Assembly (NCBI RefSeq): GCF_009914755.1
Contig: NC_060943.1
Length of the DNA stretch: 64,000 nt
DNA from: the human T2T-CHM13v2.0 reference genome, Homo sapiens
Direction: 5' to 3' (one strand)
In this document: piece by piece, positions 21,404 to 37,758 of the stretch
Position numbering within the stretch: the stretch's first letter is position 1
Layout of the letters: every line of letters starts with the position of its first letter
Notes under the pieces: model-generated
What the model was told of the DNA's origin: nothing
Databases searched by the model: none
Seen by the model: the letters and a program-made list of their open reading frames with translations, nothing else
Program-made: the position numbers and the translations under genes

Positions 21404-22415
21404 AAAAAAATAGAGAAAATGAAACCGGAGGTTTTTGAGGTATTCCTGAGTTTACTGCCACCAGGGACCCTGAGGCCATGAGAGATCCTGGGGGCCCAAA
21501 ACAGAAAATCCCTGAGATATGCTGATGGCCTGGTCCTGGTGACCTTAGACAGGGGCCATTCTATGAGGGCTGAGGCTGTATATCCCCCATCTCTGAGTCC
21601 AGAGTGGGGCCACCTGGGAGGTCCAGAAATATGGTGGGACTTGCCTGAGGTAGGAGGTGACCTGTGCTGTGTTGTTTCACTGCCCCATTTCCAATTTATG
21701 GTCCTAATGTGACCCTCAAGCCCTGGGTCTACATATATGACCAACCAATCCCATTCCCTTCTTCAGGGCCACGTCTGCTCCAAAAGCACAGTCCTGTCCC
21801 CACATCCACATGCAGCCCAGCATCCACTCTCCAATCCAACTTCATCACCCTCTCTACTATAGCCCAGCCTCGACTCCTTCCCCCTTCCCAAACCTGGCAA
21901 GGACTCTGTTCTTCATCCTAACCACATCATGACCTTACCCACATCCATCCCTGTCCCCAACCCATTTTCCATCCCATCCCACCCCATCCCAACACCAATT
22001 CTAATCCAAACCTCACCTCATCTTCATCCCCATCCTGAAACGCAACTGTTTTTGTTTTTTAAAATCCCCTCCATCCCCTTCCATCCCTTCCCCTTTCAAT
22101 CAAACCCTCAAAGAGACACACAGAGAAGAGAACTGTGAATTGTCTGCTCATTAGTTTTTATGAGAGGAAACCAGAGAATTTAAAAAAAATATTTTTGAGA
22201 CAGGGTCTTGCTTGTCACCCAGGCTGCCCTGAAGTGGTGCAATCATAGCTCACTGCAGCCTTGAGCTCTTGGGTCCAAGCAATCCTCCTACTACACCCTC
22301 CCGAGTAGCTGGGGTTACAGGCATGAGTCACTGTCTGTAAAGCCTCATGTGAAGCTCAGGGTCTACATATATGACTCATATGACTCTCAGGGCCTGTAAG
22401 TTCTGCAGAGATGAC

Positions 22416-22916
22416 TGTGGTAGTCAGCCTTCAAGATGGGTTCCCTGTGACCTTTACGTTCTCATATTCGTGCCCTTGTGTAGTCTCTTCCCACAACGAC
22501 TCAGAGCTGGTCCATGTGATAAATAGAATACTGTATAGTGGAGACCATCCTTTGTGACTTGTGAGGCTAGATCATAGGAGCATGGTGGCTTCTATCTTTG
22601 CCTCTGCCATGTTGTGAAGATGCCCAGTCATCCCTTTGGAGAGGCTCACATGGCAAGGAACTGAGGCCTCCCACCAACAGCCATGTGAGTGCATCATCTT
22701 GGAAGCAGATCCTCTAGCCCCAGTCAAGCCTGCAGATGACTTGCAGTCCCAGGCAACATCTTGACTACAATCACGCAAGAGATCTCAAGCTAGAACTACC
22801 CAGCTAAGCTGCTCTCAGATTCCTGAACCACAGAAACTGTGAGATAATAAATGCTTATGGTTGTTTTAAGTCACTGCGTTTTGGGGTAATTGGTTGTGCA
22901 GCCATAGATAACTGAC
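22416..22916 (+). mobile_element. MLT1F-like LTR, copy 2 (AATAAA at 22846-22851)
   Basis: Near-identical to 18155-18655. Confidence 0.8.
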
Positions 22917-23152
22917 CCAGTGCCCTGGTACTTCACCATGGAATGTGGGGGAATACTTAACACCTATCCCCTTAACATCTTGTTACAAATGTTACCACTT
23001 CCAGGAGGCACTTCCTGATGACCTCTCTACATTAGCTTTTATCCTATCCCTATTGCTCTGTTTTATTAGGTTTAGAGCAGTAATACTTAGTCTATATAAA
23101 AACATATTTTAATGTTTCTTAATTTCTTTACTTTTTTTTTTTTTTTTCTTGA

Positions 23153-23296
<144 letters not shown>

Positions 23297-23491
23297 TAAT
23301 TTTGTATTTTTAGAAAAGATGGGGTTCCTCCATGTTGCTCAGGCTGGTCTCGAACTCCCGACCTCAGGTGATCTGCCTGCCTCAGCCTCCCAAAGTGCTG
23401 AGATTACAGGCGTGAGCCACCATGCCCAGCCTCTTTTCTTTTTTCTTTAAGAGTGGGGTCTCCTTCTGTTGCCCAGGCTGGAGTGTGGTAG

Positions 23492-23782
<291 letters not shown>

Positions 23783-23785
23783 TAG

Positions 23786-24198
<413 letters not shown>

Positions 24199-24209
24199 CT
24201 TTTTTTTGA

Positions 24210-24515
<306 letters not shown>

Positions 24516-24642
24516 TGATCTCGAACTCCCAAACTCAGGCAACCTGCCAGCCTCAGCCTCCCAAAGTGCTGGGATTACAGATGTGAGCCACCACTCCCGG
24601 CCCATTGTTTCTTCCGTGTGTGAATCCAAACTCCGGAGAAAA

Positions 24643-24683
<41 letters not shown>

Positions 24684-24829
24684 TGTGAGGTCCAGGGGCT
24701 TCCCCCCAAGATGGATTTGCCTGTACTTGACTTTGAAAGGAAAGGGAAACAGACAGATGCCTTAGACATCTGAGTAGGAGGGACAAGACCTGGCTACCAC
24801 TTGTCATGTTCCTGGTGTTAGCTGTAGCC

Positions 24830-24872
24830 ATGCACAACATGTATACTATCGCTGGGTGTCCAGACCCACCAG
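24830..24872 (+). other. CLEC17A: Intact duplicate of CLEC17A exon 1 (copy 3; MHNMYTIAGCPDPP), candidate alternative first exon
   Basis: gccATG, 43 nt, donor CAG|GTAAGG, 153-nt intron copy to exon 4. Confidence 0.75.
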
Positions 24873-25025
24873 GTAAGGCCCTGGCCAGGCTGGGGCTGGG
24901 GCCCAGGTGTGGTCAAGATCCAGGGTACAGAATCCCCATCATGGGGCAGCTGAGGCAGAGACCAGGGCTTGAGGGATGGAGGGAGGAGGGAATGGCTGGG
25001 CTCTGACTTGCCTTTCCCCTGGAAG

Positions 25026-25103
25026 GGACCATGGAGGAGGAGGAGGAGGATGATGACTATGAGAACTCAACACCTCCCTACAAGGACCTTCCTCCCAAGC
25101 CAG
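25026..25103 (+). CDS. CLEC17A: CLEC17A exon 4, repeat 3
   Basis: Identical to exons 2 and 3. Confidence 0.93.
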
Positions 25104-25594
25104 GTAAGAGGACTTTTTGGAGTGTGACCTGGGGGAATACAGGGAACAGGGTTTCCAGGAGGCATTGGCTGGGCATTGTAGACACACAGTCAGTCTCCTC
25201 TGTATCCAGCCCATGCCAGGCACTGTGCAACACACACCCTGCCCAGGAGGACCTGTCAGTCTGATGGCAGAGGCGGGTTTGGACACAGCCTTGGTGAGCA
25301 GGGTTGAGAGAGGAAGGGTCAGGAGATTGGCAAAATCCTTGGGGGACTGAGAGCTCAATTAGAGGAAGGGACTTTGGAGTGGGACTTGAGGGATGAGTAG
25401 ACATTTCTTTCTTTTTTTCTTTTTTTTTGAGATGGAATTTCACTCTGTCACCCAGGCTGGAGTTCAGTGGCACAATCTCCGCTCACTGCAACCTCGCCTC
25501 CTGGGTTCAAGCAATTCTTTTGCCTCAGCCTCCCGATTAGCTGGGATTGCAGGCGCCTGCTACCATGCCTGGTTAACTTTTGTATTTTTAGTAG

Positions 25595-25774
<180 letters not shown>

Positions 25775-26512
25775 TAAAAGCTGGTGCTTGAGAAACTGGG
25801 AGTGGCCTGTGGGCTCCTCAATCTCCTCTCATTACCACTCAAAGCCCAGGGCTTTATTTAATCTTGAATCTCAATAAACCCAAGGCATAGCCCAGGGTTC
25901 AACAAGAATCTGATCAGAGGATATAAAAGTGGAGGTTTGGGCTGGTTGCAGTGGTGTGTGTCTGTAGTCCCACTGCTTTGGGAGGCCAAGATGGGAGGAT
26001 CACTTAGCCATGAGTTCACTGGAGGCCAGGAGTTCGAGACCAGCTTGGGCAATATATAGCAAGACGCCCATCTCTACCAAAAAAAAAAAAAAAAAAAAGG
26101 GAAGTTTGGGCCAGGCGTGGTGGCTCATGCTTGTAATTCTAGCACTTTGGGAAGCCAAGGTGGGAGCATCACTGGAGCCCCAGAAAAGAGACCATCCTGG
26201 GTAACACAGTGAAACCCCCAGCTATATGAAAACATTTTTTTTTTCAAATTAAAAAAATTAGCCAGTTGTGGGATGTGTGCCTGTTGTCCCAGCTTCTCAG
26301 GAGGCCGAGGTGGTAGGATTGCTAGAACCCGGGAGTTCAAGGGTGCAGTGAGCTATGATGGCACCACTGCACTCCAGTCTGGATGACAGAGCAAGGCACT
26401 GTCTTTAAAAAAATAGAACACGGGCTGGGTGCGGTGGCTCACGCCTGTAATCCCAGCACTTTGGGAGGCTGAGGCGGGTGGATCACGAGGTCAGGAGATT
26501 GAGACCATCCTA

Positions 26513-26959
<447 letters not shown>

Positions 26960-27260
26960 TCAGTGAGATGAGATCACGCCACTGCACTCCAGTCTGAGCA
27001 ACAGAGCAAGACTCTGTCTCAAAAAATATAAAATAAAATAAAAAATAAAATAAAATAGGGAGATACCCAGGCAATCTAGGTTCGTTGGTCACCCTACTTA
27101 ATCCCATCTCCATCCCTAATCCCAATTGCATTCTTACGTCCAACCCCGTCTGTAACCTAATCTCCAATCCTCCACTGCAATCCTAACCCTGTTTCCATCA
27201 CTTCCTCTTGGCGCATTCCCATCCTCAGCCCAGCCCTCACCCTGAGCTTCTCTTCTCCAG

Positions 27261-27293
27261 GTTCAAGTGCTCCACCAAGACCTCCAAGGGCAG
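27261..27293 (+). CDS. CLEC17A: CLEC17A exon 5 (GSSAPPRPPRA)
   Basis: ttctcttctccag| ... CAG|GTGAGT; 33 nt; proline-rich. Confidence 0.92.
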
Positions 27294-27375
27294 GTGAGTT
27301 GGGGCTGGGGGTGTAGGAGACCCAGAGCTGGCTTTGCCCTGCTCTGGCCCTGACCAACCATTCCTCCCTCCTCAG

Positions 27376-27426
27376 CAAAGGAAACAGAGAAACCCCCACT
27401 TCCTTGCAAGCCCCGGAACATGACAG
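27376..27426 (+). CDS. CLEC17A: CLEC17A exon 6 (AKETEKPPLPCKPRNMT)
   Basis: cctcag| ... CAG|GTGAGA; 51 nt. Confidence 0.9.
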
Positions 27427-27502
27427 GTGAGAGCTGACAGTTGGAGTCTTCCTGCTCACCTGGCTGAAGCCCTTCTTGAAATGACTTTCTCATCTCTTCT
27501 AG

Positions 27503-27544
27503 GCCTGGACCTCGCCGCTGTCACCTGTCCACCTCCTCAACTGG
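27503..27544 (+). CDS. CLEC17A: CLEC17A exon 7 (GLDLAAVTCPPPQL)
   Basis: tcttctag| ... TGG|GTGAGC; 42 nt. Confidence 0.9.
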
Positions 27545-27742
27545 GTGAGCAGTGGGAAGACCCTTTAAGATGCCTAAGAGGGGATACCTGGATGTTTCCT
27601 TTCAATCCCCCAATTTTTATTTATTTATTTTTTTTGAGACAGAGTCTCACTGTCATCCAGGCTGGAGTGCAGTGGTGCGATACTGGCTCACTGCAACCTC
27701 TGCCTCCTGGGTTCAAGTGATTCTCCTGCTTCAGCCTCCTGA

Positions 27743-27922
<180 letters not shown>

Positions 27923-28017
27923 TAAATTCTGACCAGAGAACAAAACAGAGGTTGTTGATCTTGGAAGACAGAGTCTTTGGCATCTTCTGAATAAACCTCT
28001 CTCCCCCTTTCTCCCAG

Positions 28018-28059
28018 CTGTGAATCTTGAGCCTTCTCCATTGCAGCCATCCCTGGCCG
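28018..28059 (+). CDS. CLEC17A: CLEC17A exon 8 (AVNLEPSPLQPSLA)
   Basis: ctttctcccag| ... CCG|GTAAGT; 42 nt. Confidence 0.9.
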
Positions 28060-28389
28060 GTAAGTGTCCTCCCATTTCCCCTCTGACAGTGGCTAGTGTA
28101 TCTGATTGAGACCTATGGCTCTACAGTGAGACCCTGAGTCAGAGGAACTTCTCCTTTAAGAAGCTGCTCCTTCAGGACCTGCTGCACTGTTCTGAGTTAG
28201 TCTAGTGAGCGCTGCTCTAAGTGAGAAAGCCATTCCTTGACATCAGAGTTTGCAAACGTGTATTCTTTTTTGTCCTTCTGAGGACCAGAGTTATGTGGTT
28301 GTTTTGTTTTTGATAATGATGATGTACTTATGGTTCTGTTGGTGATTGTGATGGAAGGATGAGGAAGGAGATGATGGAAAGGAAGAGGA

Positions 28390-30103
28390 TGGTTGGTGGT
28401 AGTAACGATGGTAGAGGTAGTGATGGCGTTGTTGTGTGCTGATGGTGATGGTGGAGATACTGATGATGGTGGTGATGGTGGAGATAGTGATGGTGTTGTT
28501 GGTATTGATGATGGTAATGATGGTGGAAACAGTGATATGGTGGTAATGCAGGGCGGAGGTAGTGATGGTATTGTTGGTGATGGTGGTGGTGGTGATGATG
28601 AAGGTAGTGATGGTGTTAGTGAGATGGTGATGATGATAGTGGTGGTAGTGATGGTGTTGGTGGTGATGGTGTTGGTGATGATAGTAGAGGCAGTGATGGT
28701 ATTGTTGACAATGACAATGTTGTTGGTGATGATGATGGTGGTGGTGAAGGCATTGATGGTGTTGGTGATGACAGTGCTGTTGGTAGTAATGATGGTGGTG
28801 AAGGTGGAGGTGGTGATGGTGCCGTTAATATTGACAATGGTAGTGAGATAGTGTTAGGGTGGTGATGGTGGGTGGAGATAGTGATGGTGTTGGTGATGGT
28901 GGTGGTGGTGGAGGTAGTGATGGTGTTGTTGGTAGTGATGGTGGTGGTGATGGTGGATGTAGTGATGGTGTTGTTGGTAGACATGATGGTGGTGATGGTG
29001 GATGTAGTGATGGTGTTGGTAGTGATGATGGTGGTGACGATGGAGGTAGTGATGGTGTTGTTGGGAGTGATGATGGTGGTGATGGTGGAGGTAGTGATGG
29101 TGTTGGTAATGATGATGGTGGTGATGGTGGAGGTAGTGATGGTGTTGGTAGAGATGATGGTTATGGTGGAGGTAGTGATGGTGTTGTTGGTGATGATGGT
29201 GGTAGTGGAGGTAGTGATGGTGTTGGGAGTGATGGTGGTGGTGATGGTGGAAGTAGTGATGGTGTTGGTAGAGATGATGGTGATGATGGTGGAGGTAGTG
29301 ATGGTGTTGGGAGTGATGATGGTGGTGATGGTGGAGGTAGTGATGGTGTTGGTAATGATGATGGTGGTGATGGTGGAGGTAGTGATGGTGTTGGTAATGA
29401 TGATGGTGGTGATGGTGGAGGTAGTGATGGTGTTGGCAGAGATGATGGTTATGGTGGAGGTAGTGATGGTGTTGTTGGTGATGATGGTGGTAGTGGAGGT
29501 AGTGATGGTGTTGGGAGTGATGGTGGTGGTGATGGTGGAAGTAGTGATGGTGTTGGTAGAGATGATGGTGATGATGGTGGAGGTAGTGATGGTGTTGTTG
29601 GTAGTGATGATGGTGGTGATGGTGGAGGTAGTGATGGTGTTGTTGGTAGTGATGATGGTGGTGGTGGAGGTAGTGATGGTGTTGGGAGTGATGATGGTGG
29701 TGATGGTGGAGGTAGTGATGGTGTTGTTGGGAGTGATGATGGTGGTGGTGGAGGTAATGATGGTGTTGTTGGGAGTGATGATGGTGGTGATGGTGGAGGT
29801 AGTGATGGTGTTGTTGGGATTGATGATGGTGATGGTGGAGGTAGTGATGGTGTTGTTGGGAGTGATGATGGTGGTGGTGGTGGAGGTAGTGATGGTGTTG
29901 TTGGGAGTGATGATGGTGTTGTTGGGAGTGATGATGGTGGTGATGGTGGAGGTAGTGATGGTGTTGGGATTGATGATGGTGATGGTGGAGGTAGTGATGG
30001 TGTTGTTGGGAGTGATGATGGTGGTGGTGGTGGAGGTAGTGATGGTGTTGTTGGTAGAGATGATGGTGGTGATGGTGGAGGTAGTGATGGTGTTGGTGAT
30101 GAC
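28390..30103. repeat. (GGT/GAT)-based VNTR, ~33-42-bp monomer (ggtgatggtggaggtagtgatggtgttgttgggagtgatgat), in CLEC17A intron 8
   Basis: Directly visible. Degenerate over 28390-28860 and homogeneous over 28860-30103. The + strand is almost devoid of C. Confidence 0.97.
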
Positions 30104-30501
30104 CATGTTTAAAAAGAAAAAGAAGCTTCTCCTCTCTGAGTCTAGGCCAGATCTCCAGAAACTCAGGTATCTGCTTGCATAAGATATGGGAAATGTTCTC
30201 TGCTCTAGAAGCCGGGGTCCACAAGCTTCCTTGACCTAGGAGCAACTTGGTCAGGGGTTTCTGGAGAGTAGAAGATGATGCATCATAGATATTAAGAACA
30301 AAGCTGTGTCCAAGTCATGCCTAACCTCACCAAGCCTCAGTTTACTCACTTGCAAAATGGGAATAATGCTTATAACCTACATCATAAGGATGAGACTCCA
30401 ATAAGATAGGAAGGATGTAGGTTGGGTACAGTGGCTTACGCCTGTAATCCCAGCACTTTGGGAGGCTGAAGCAGGGAGGATCTCTTGATGCCAGGAGTTC
30501 A

Positions 30502-30765
<264 letters not shown>

Positions 30766-30947
30766 TCAAAAAGACCCTGAGCCTCCCCAGGGTTCACTCT
30801 CCCTAACCCTCTCTTGCTGACTTCATCTGCTGAAACAGTCATGACTACAGACTTCTGCCCCCTGCTCTTGGACAAAGACTTAAGAGTCTCTTCCTTACTC
30901 TCTGAAGCCCCAGTATCAGTCTCTCTGTTCCCATCCCCACTCCCCAG

Positions 30948-31085
30948 CAACTCCAGTCCCCTGGCTCAATCAGAGGTCTGGAGGTCCTGGCTGCTGCCAG
31001 AAGAGGTGGATGGTGTACCTGTGTCTGCTGGTGGTGACTTCCCTGTTCCTGGGCTGCCTTGGTCTCACTGTGACCCTGATTAAGT
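30948..31085 (+). CDS. CLEC17A: CLEC17A exon 9, transmembrane segment (ATPVPWLNQRSGGPGCCQKRWMVYLCLLVVTSLFLGCLGLTVTLIK)
   Basis: tccccag| ... AGT|GTGAGT; 138 nt; basic residues then a hydrophobic run, i.e. a type II anchor. Confidence 0.93.
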
Positions 31086-31170
31086 GTGAGTAGGGCCAGG
31101 AAGGGACATGGGGAGAGATTGGGGAGGGTGCACAGGAGGACCTGGGCTCAATTTGGACTCTTCTTCATAG

Positions 31171-31233
31171 ACCAGGAGTTGATGGAAGAACTGAGAATGT
31201 TAAGCTTTCAGCAGATGACGTGGCGAACAAATA
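31171..31233 (+). CDS. CLEC17A: CLEC17A exon 10, neck (YQELMEELRMLSFQQMTWRTN)
   Basis: ttcttcatag| ... ATA|GTGAGT; 63 nt. Confidence 0.92.
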
Positions 31234-32190
31234 GTGAGTGCTTTCAGTCATTCCTTCATGCCACTCCTATTGAGCCCTAACCCAATCCTCAGATCCAACT
31301 CCAAGATCCAACCTCATCCCCATCTTTGCTGGGCACTGTGCTAGGTACCAGGGGGTTAAAATGGTAAACATGTCAGACACAGTCTTTGTCTGACTGTGTG
31401 AAGTGTGCATGTGTATATGTGTCCAGACCTCCACCATCCAATATGGTGGCCACAAGCCATATGTGGCTGTTGAACACTTGAAATGTGGCCAGTCCAAACT
31501 GAGATGAGCACTAAGTATGAAATACACACTGGTCCAGGTGCAGTGGCACATGCCTGTAATCCCAGCACTTTTGGAGGCTGAGGCAGGATTGCTTGAGGCC
31601 AGAAGTTCGAGACCCGACTGGGCAACACAGCAAGGCTCCATCTCTAAAAAAAATTAGCCGGGTGTGGTGGTGTGTGGTGTGTGCTTGTCATCCCAACTAC
31701 TCAAGAGGCCGAAGTGGGAGGATCTCCTGAATCAGGGAGTTTGAGGTTGATCATGAGCCATGATCACACTCAAGAGATCCTCCTGCCTCAGCCTCTTGAG
31801 TAGCTGGGACATAGGCGCATGCCATCACACCCGGCTGGTTAAAAAATTTTTTTTTTGTATAGAAGAGGTCTCACTATGTTGACTAAGCTCGTTTCAAACT
31901 CCTGGCCTCAGGTATTCCTCCTGCCGCAGCCTCCTGAAGTGTTTCGTGCCTGGCCTAAAACCTGTGTTTCTGTTTTGTCCAACTGAAGGGCCAGCTACTG
32001 AGCTAGCGAGTGTTGAAAAAGGGAAGAGTTCGTGGGGGAGTAGTGATAATACACACGTTAATTATAGAAGAATCTTTTGACCTGGGTTGGCCTTCATCAT
32101 GACTGCCAAAGTCTGAATATTTCTCCATTCCACACTGCCTCACCCTATGCTTCATAACAAGCAAGCTCAAAACCCATCAATGGCTTCTCA

Positions 32191-32532
<342 letters not shown>

Positions 32533-32712
32533 TTACTTTCTTTCTCTCTTGCTTTCTTTCTTTTGACAGAATTTTGCTCTTGTTGCCCAGGCCGGAGTAC
32601 AGTGGCGCGATCTCAGCTCACTGCAACCTCCCCCTCCCAGGTTCAAGTGATTGTCCTGCCTCAGCCTCCTGAATAGCTCAGATTACAGGCATCTGCCACC
32701 ACTCCCGGCTAA

Positions 32713-32883
<171 letters not shown>

Positions 32884-33184
32884 TAGCCAGTCATGATGTC
32901 ATGTACCTGTAGTCCCAGCTACTCAGGAGGCTGAGGTGGGAGGATCACTTGAGCCCAGGAGGTTGAAGCTGCAGTGAACCACGATTGCACTCCAGCCTGT
33001 GGGACAGAGCAGGACTGTGTCTAAAAAAAATAAAATAAAGGATCCAGGCATCTGAGCTCATTCTGCTTTGATCTCAAGCTTTTCTGAGTTTTCCCTCCAC
33101 TCTTATAGGCTTTGCCGCCTCACCACAACATACTTGCCTCTGTATCTTTGCTTTTTTTTTTTTTTTTTTTTTTTTTTGAGATGA

Positions 33185-33283
<99 letters not shown>

Positions 33284-33788
33284 TGAGTAGCTGGGATTAC
33301 AGGCATGTACCACCACGCCCAACTAATTTTTGTATTTTTAGTAGAGACAGGGTTTTACCATGTTGGCCAGGCTGGTCTTGAACTCTTAACCTCAGATGAT
33401 CCGCCCACCTCGGCCTCCCAAAGTGCTGGGATTACAGGTGTGAGCCACCATGGGCAGCCTGCATCTTTGCTTTTAAGATAGTCCCTGCCTAATGTGCCTC
33501 TTCCTCACCTCACAGTTATCGAATCACTTTCTTCCTTTAAAACCCACTTCTTTCAGGGTGCCCACCACCCCTACTTTTCCCCACATCCCCGGGATTGATC
33601 CCTCCTCTGAGCCATTCTCGGATTCTGAGCACTGTACATGTGGTTTTTGAGCGCAAGCGTGACCCACTGGAATGTGGACACAGTGGGGAACACAACCCTT
33701 GCTTCTCTCTCTGATGTGTCTGCAGTCCGTGGTGGATGGGTAGGATGGGTTCTCAGTCTGTAGCCCTCAAGCCCATCCCTTCTGACAG

Positions 33789-33884
33789 TGACTGGCATGG
33801 CAGGGCTAGCTGGCCTGAAGCATGACATTGCCCGTGTAAGAGCTGACACCAACCAGTCCCTGGTGGAACTTTGGGGCTTATTAG
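33789..33884 (+). CDS. CLEC17A: CLEC17A exon 11, neck (MTGMAGLAGLKHDIARVRADTNQSLVELWGLL)
   Basis: tctgacag| ... TAG|GTAAGT; 96 nt. Confidence 0.92.
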
Positions 33885-34102
33885 GTAAGTGAGACTTGGG
33901 GAATTGCCCAGGGATGGGGGGCATGGCAGAGCTGGCACATTACATCACTCCATTGAAGTCATTCTCAGTGCAGTCTATGTGAATGGTGCCCCTCCCCCTC
34001 ACCGGAGTTGAGCAGTGTACAGCCTGCACAACTGTACATGGCATACTATGTACATGGCTCAGGTTCTGGGGCCATCCTGACAGCATTCTGTCTGGTTCCC
34101 AG

Positions 34103-34254
34103 ACTGCCGCCGAATTACCTGTCCTGAAGGCTGGCTGCCCTTTGAGGGCAAGTGTTACTACTTCTCCCCAAGCACCAAGTCATGGGATGAGGCCCGGATG
34201 TTCTGCCAGGAGAATTACTCTCACTTGGTCATCATCAATAGCTTTGCTGAGCAC
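34103..34254 (+). CDS. CLEC17A: CLEC17A exon 12, C-type lectin domain part 1 (DCRRITCPEGWLPFEGKCYYFS...FCQENYSHLVIINSFAEH)
   Basis: Canonical CTLD CPxGWxxFxxxCYYFS motif; 152 nt; donor CAC|GTGAGT. Confidence 0.96.
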
Positions 34255-34624
34255 GTGAGTTCTTCCCACTGAACCTTTGAGAACCTTCAGGGACAGCCTG
34301 CTTCTCTTCCAGGATGCACACATCCCTCCCTTCCCTGGATGGCAAGAAATTAGAATTACTTTTCAGTTACTAAAACTTTAACAGCAAGCTCTTCCTAAGG
34401 TAGTATCATGCAGAGGTTAAGAAGACATGCTTTGTTTTTGAGTTCAAATTCTGGTTGTGTTGATTTAACCTCTGTACATTTCAAGTATCGGTTTTATCTC
34501 TAACATGAAAATACAATAATTAATATCTGTTAGGTAGCACTTTTTATGTTTCAGGTTGCATTCCAAATACTTTACATCTTACAGTCATTAACACATGCAA
34601 TCCTCACGACAACCTATACATTAG

Positions 34625-34881
<257 letters not shown>

Positions 34882-34892
34882 TGATCTCCTGA

Positions 34893-35315
<423 letters not shown>

Positions 35316-35628
35316 TAGTCCAATGGTGAAAGTAGACGAGGGAAATCATACATTGACTGTCAGAGTTTCCATTTACTTTTGCTCACAAAAGTCACATGTA
35401 CACGCCTATCTTTTAAGGTGGTAGGGAAATAAGTCTCACCTCCGTGCAACCAGAAGGAGGATTGGAATATGGGTAAATAGCTTTAATGATTTGCTACTAC
35501 AATTTAGGTAGTATTACTATTTGTACACAATATGTATCATCTGTACTTCACAGGTGAGGAAGTCAAGGTTCCAGTACATGTAAGCAACTTGCCTGGAGTC
35601 ACTTACAGCTAGTGGGATTTAAGCCTAG

Positions 35629-35823
<195 letters not shown>

Positions 35824-35826
35824 TAG

Positions 35827-36045
<219 letters not shown>

Positions 36046-36806
36046 TAGTAGAGACGGGGTTTCACTGTGTTAGCCAGGATGGTCTCGATCTCCTGACCTG
36101 GTGATCTGCCTGCCTCGGCCTCCCAAAGTGCTGGGATTACAGGCATGAGCCACCGCGCCTGGCCCAGCAAATTATTTTTACTTTTGTAGAGACAGGGTCT
36201 TGCTATGTTGCCTAGGCTCTATGTTTTCTATTCATTTTATTTTTAATTTATTTATGTCATTATATTTAAAATGTTTTTTTTTTCCCAGACAGTATATAGT
36301 TGGGTTTGGATTTTTAAAATCTGATCTGATAATCTCTGGCTTTTAATTGGTGTTTTCATTTACTTATTTATGTATTTTTGGAGACAGGGTCTCACTTTGT
36401 CACCCAGGCTGGAGTGCAGTGGCGCAGCCTCAGCTCATGGCAGCCTTGGCCTCCTGGGCTCAAGTGATTATCCCACCTCAGCTCCCCACCAAGTAGCTGG
36501 GACAACAGGTGTGTGCCACCATGCCTGGATAATTTTTAACATTTTTTGTAGAGATGAGGTTTTGCTATGTTGCCCAGGCTGGTCTGGAACTCCTGACCTC
36601 AAGTGATCTGCCGCCTTCACCTCCCAAAGTGCTGGGATTACAGGCATGAGCCACTGTACCCAGCCTAATTGGTATTTTTAGACCGTTTACATTTAATATA
36701 ATTACTGATTGGGTTGGATTTAGGTCTATCATCTTATTATTTTCCTGTATGTCATGTCCCTTCTGTTTTTTATCCCTCTGTTTCATAGCATTATTTGTAT
36801 GAGTAG

Positions 36807-37120
<314 letters not shown>

Positions 37121-37536
37121 TGAAGGAGTTAAATTAGGTAATGTAAATGAGGCAGGTGCAAATCATATTCCCTAACTCAGTTTCACAAGAAATACAACTA
37201 CATTTCCTTTAAATTACTCATTTTAGTTTCTCTCTTGAGTTCTCATTCTGCTAGAATGGTGTACATTTACTCTCAGTCAATTGGGTTCTCCCATTTTACT
37301 TCTAAATGGGGACAGCTTTTGTGGGGTCAAGGTGGAAGGGAGCACACATCGGGTCTTTGCTGTCTTTACTCCAAACTGGTATCTACTGGGACATCTACAG
37401 ACTGAATGATCCTGGGAAGGTTACTTAACCCCTCTGTGCCTCAGTTTTCTCATCTACAAAATGGGCATAATGATAATACTTGCTTCAGTGAGTCATGATA
37501 AGGATCCAATGAGACAATCTGTGCAAAGTAGTATAG

Positions 37537-37758
<222 letters not shown>

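Noticed and set aside
28860-30103. CRISPR-like repeat-spacer array
   Set aside because: No unique spacers; a eukaryotic minisatellite.
28393-30245. Five long ORFs (152-496 aa; poly-His, Thr-rich mucin-like, Gly/Asp, Val/Met) as novel protein genes
   Set aside because: They are all frames of one triplet-periodic intronic VNTR. There is no promoter, splice or codon evidence, and simultaneous openness in four frames is expected from the repeat composition.
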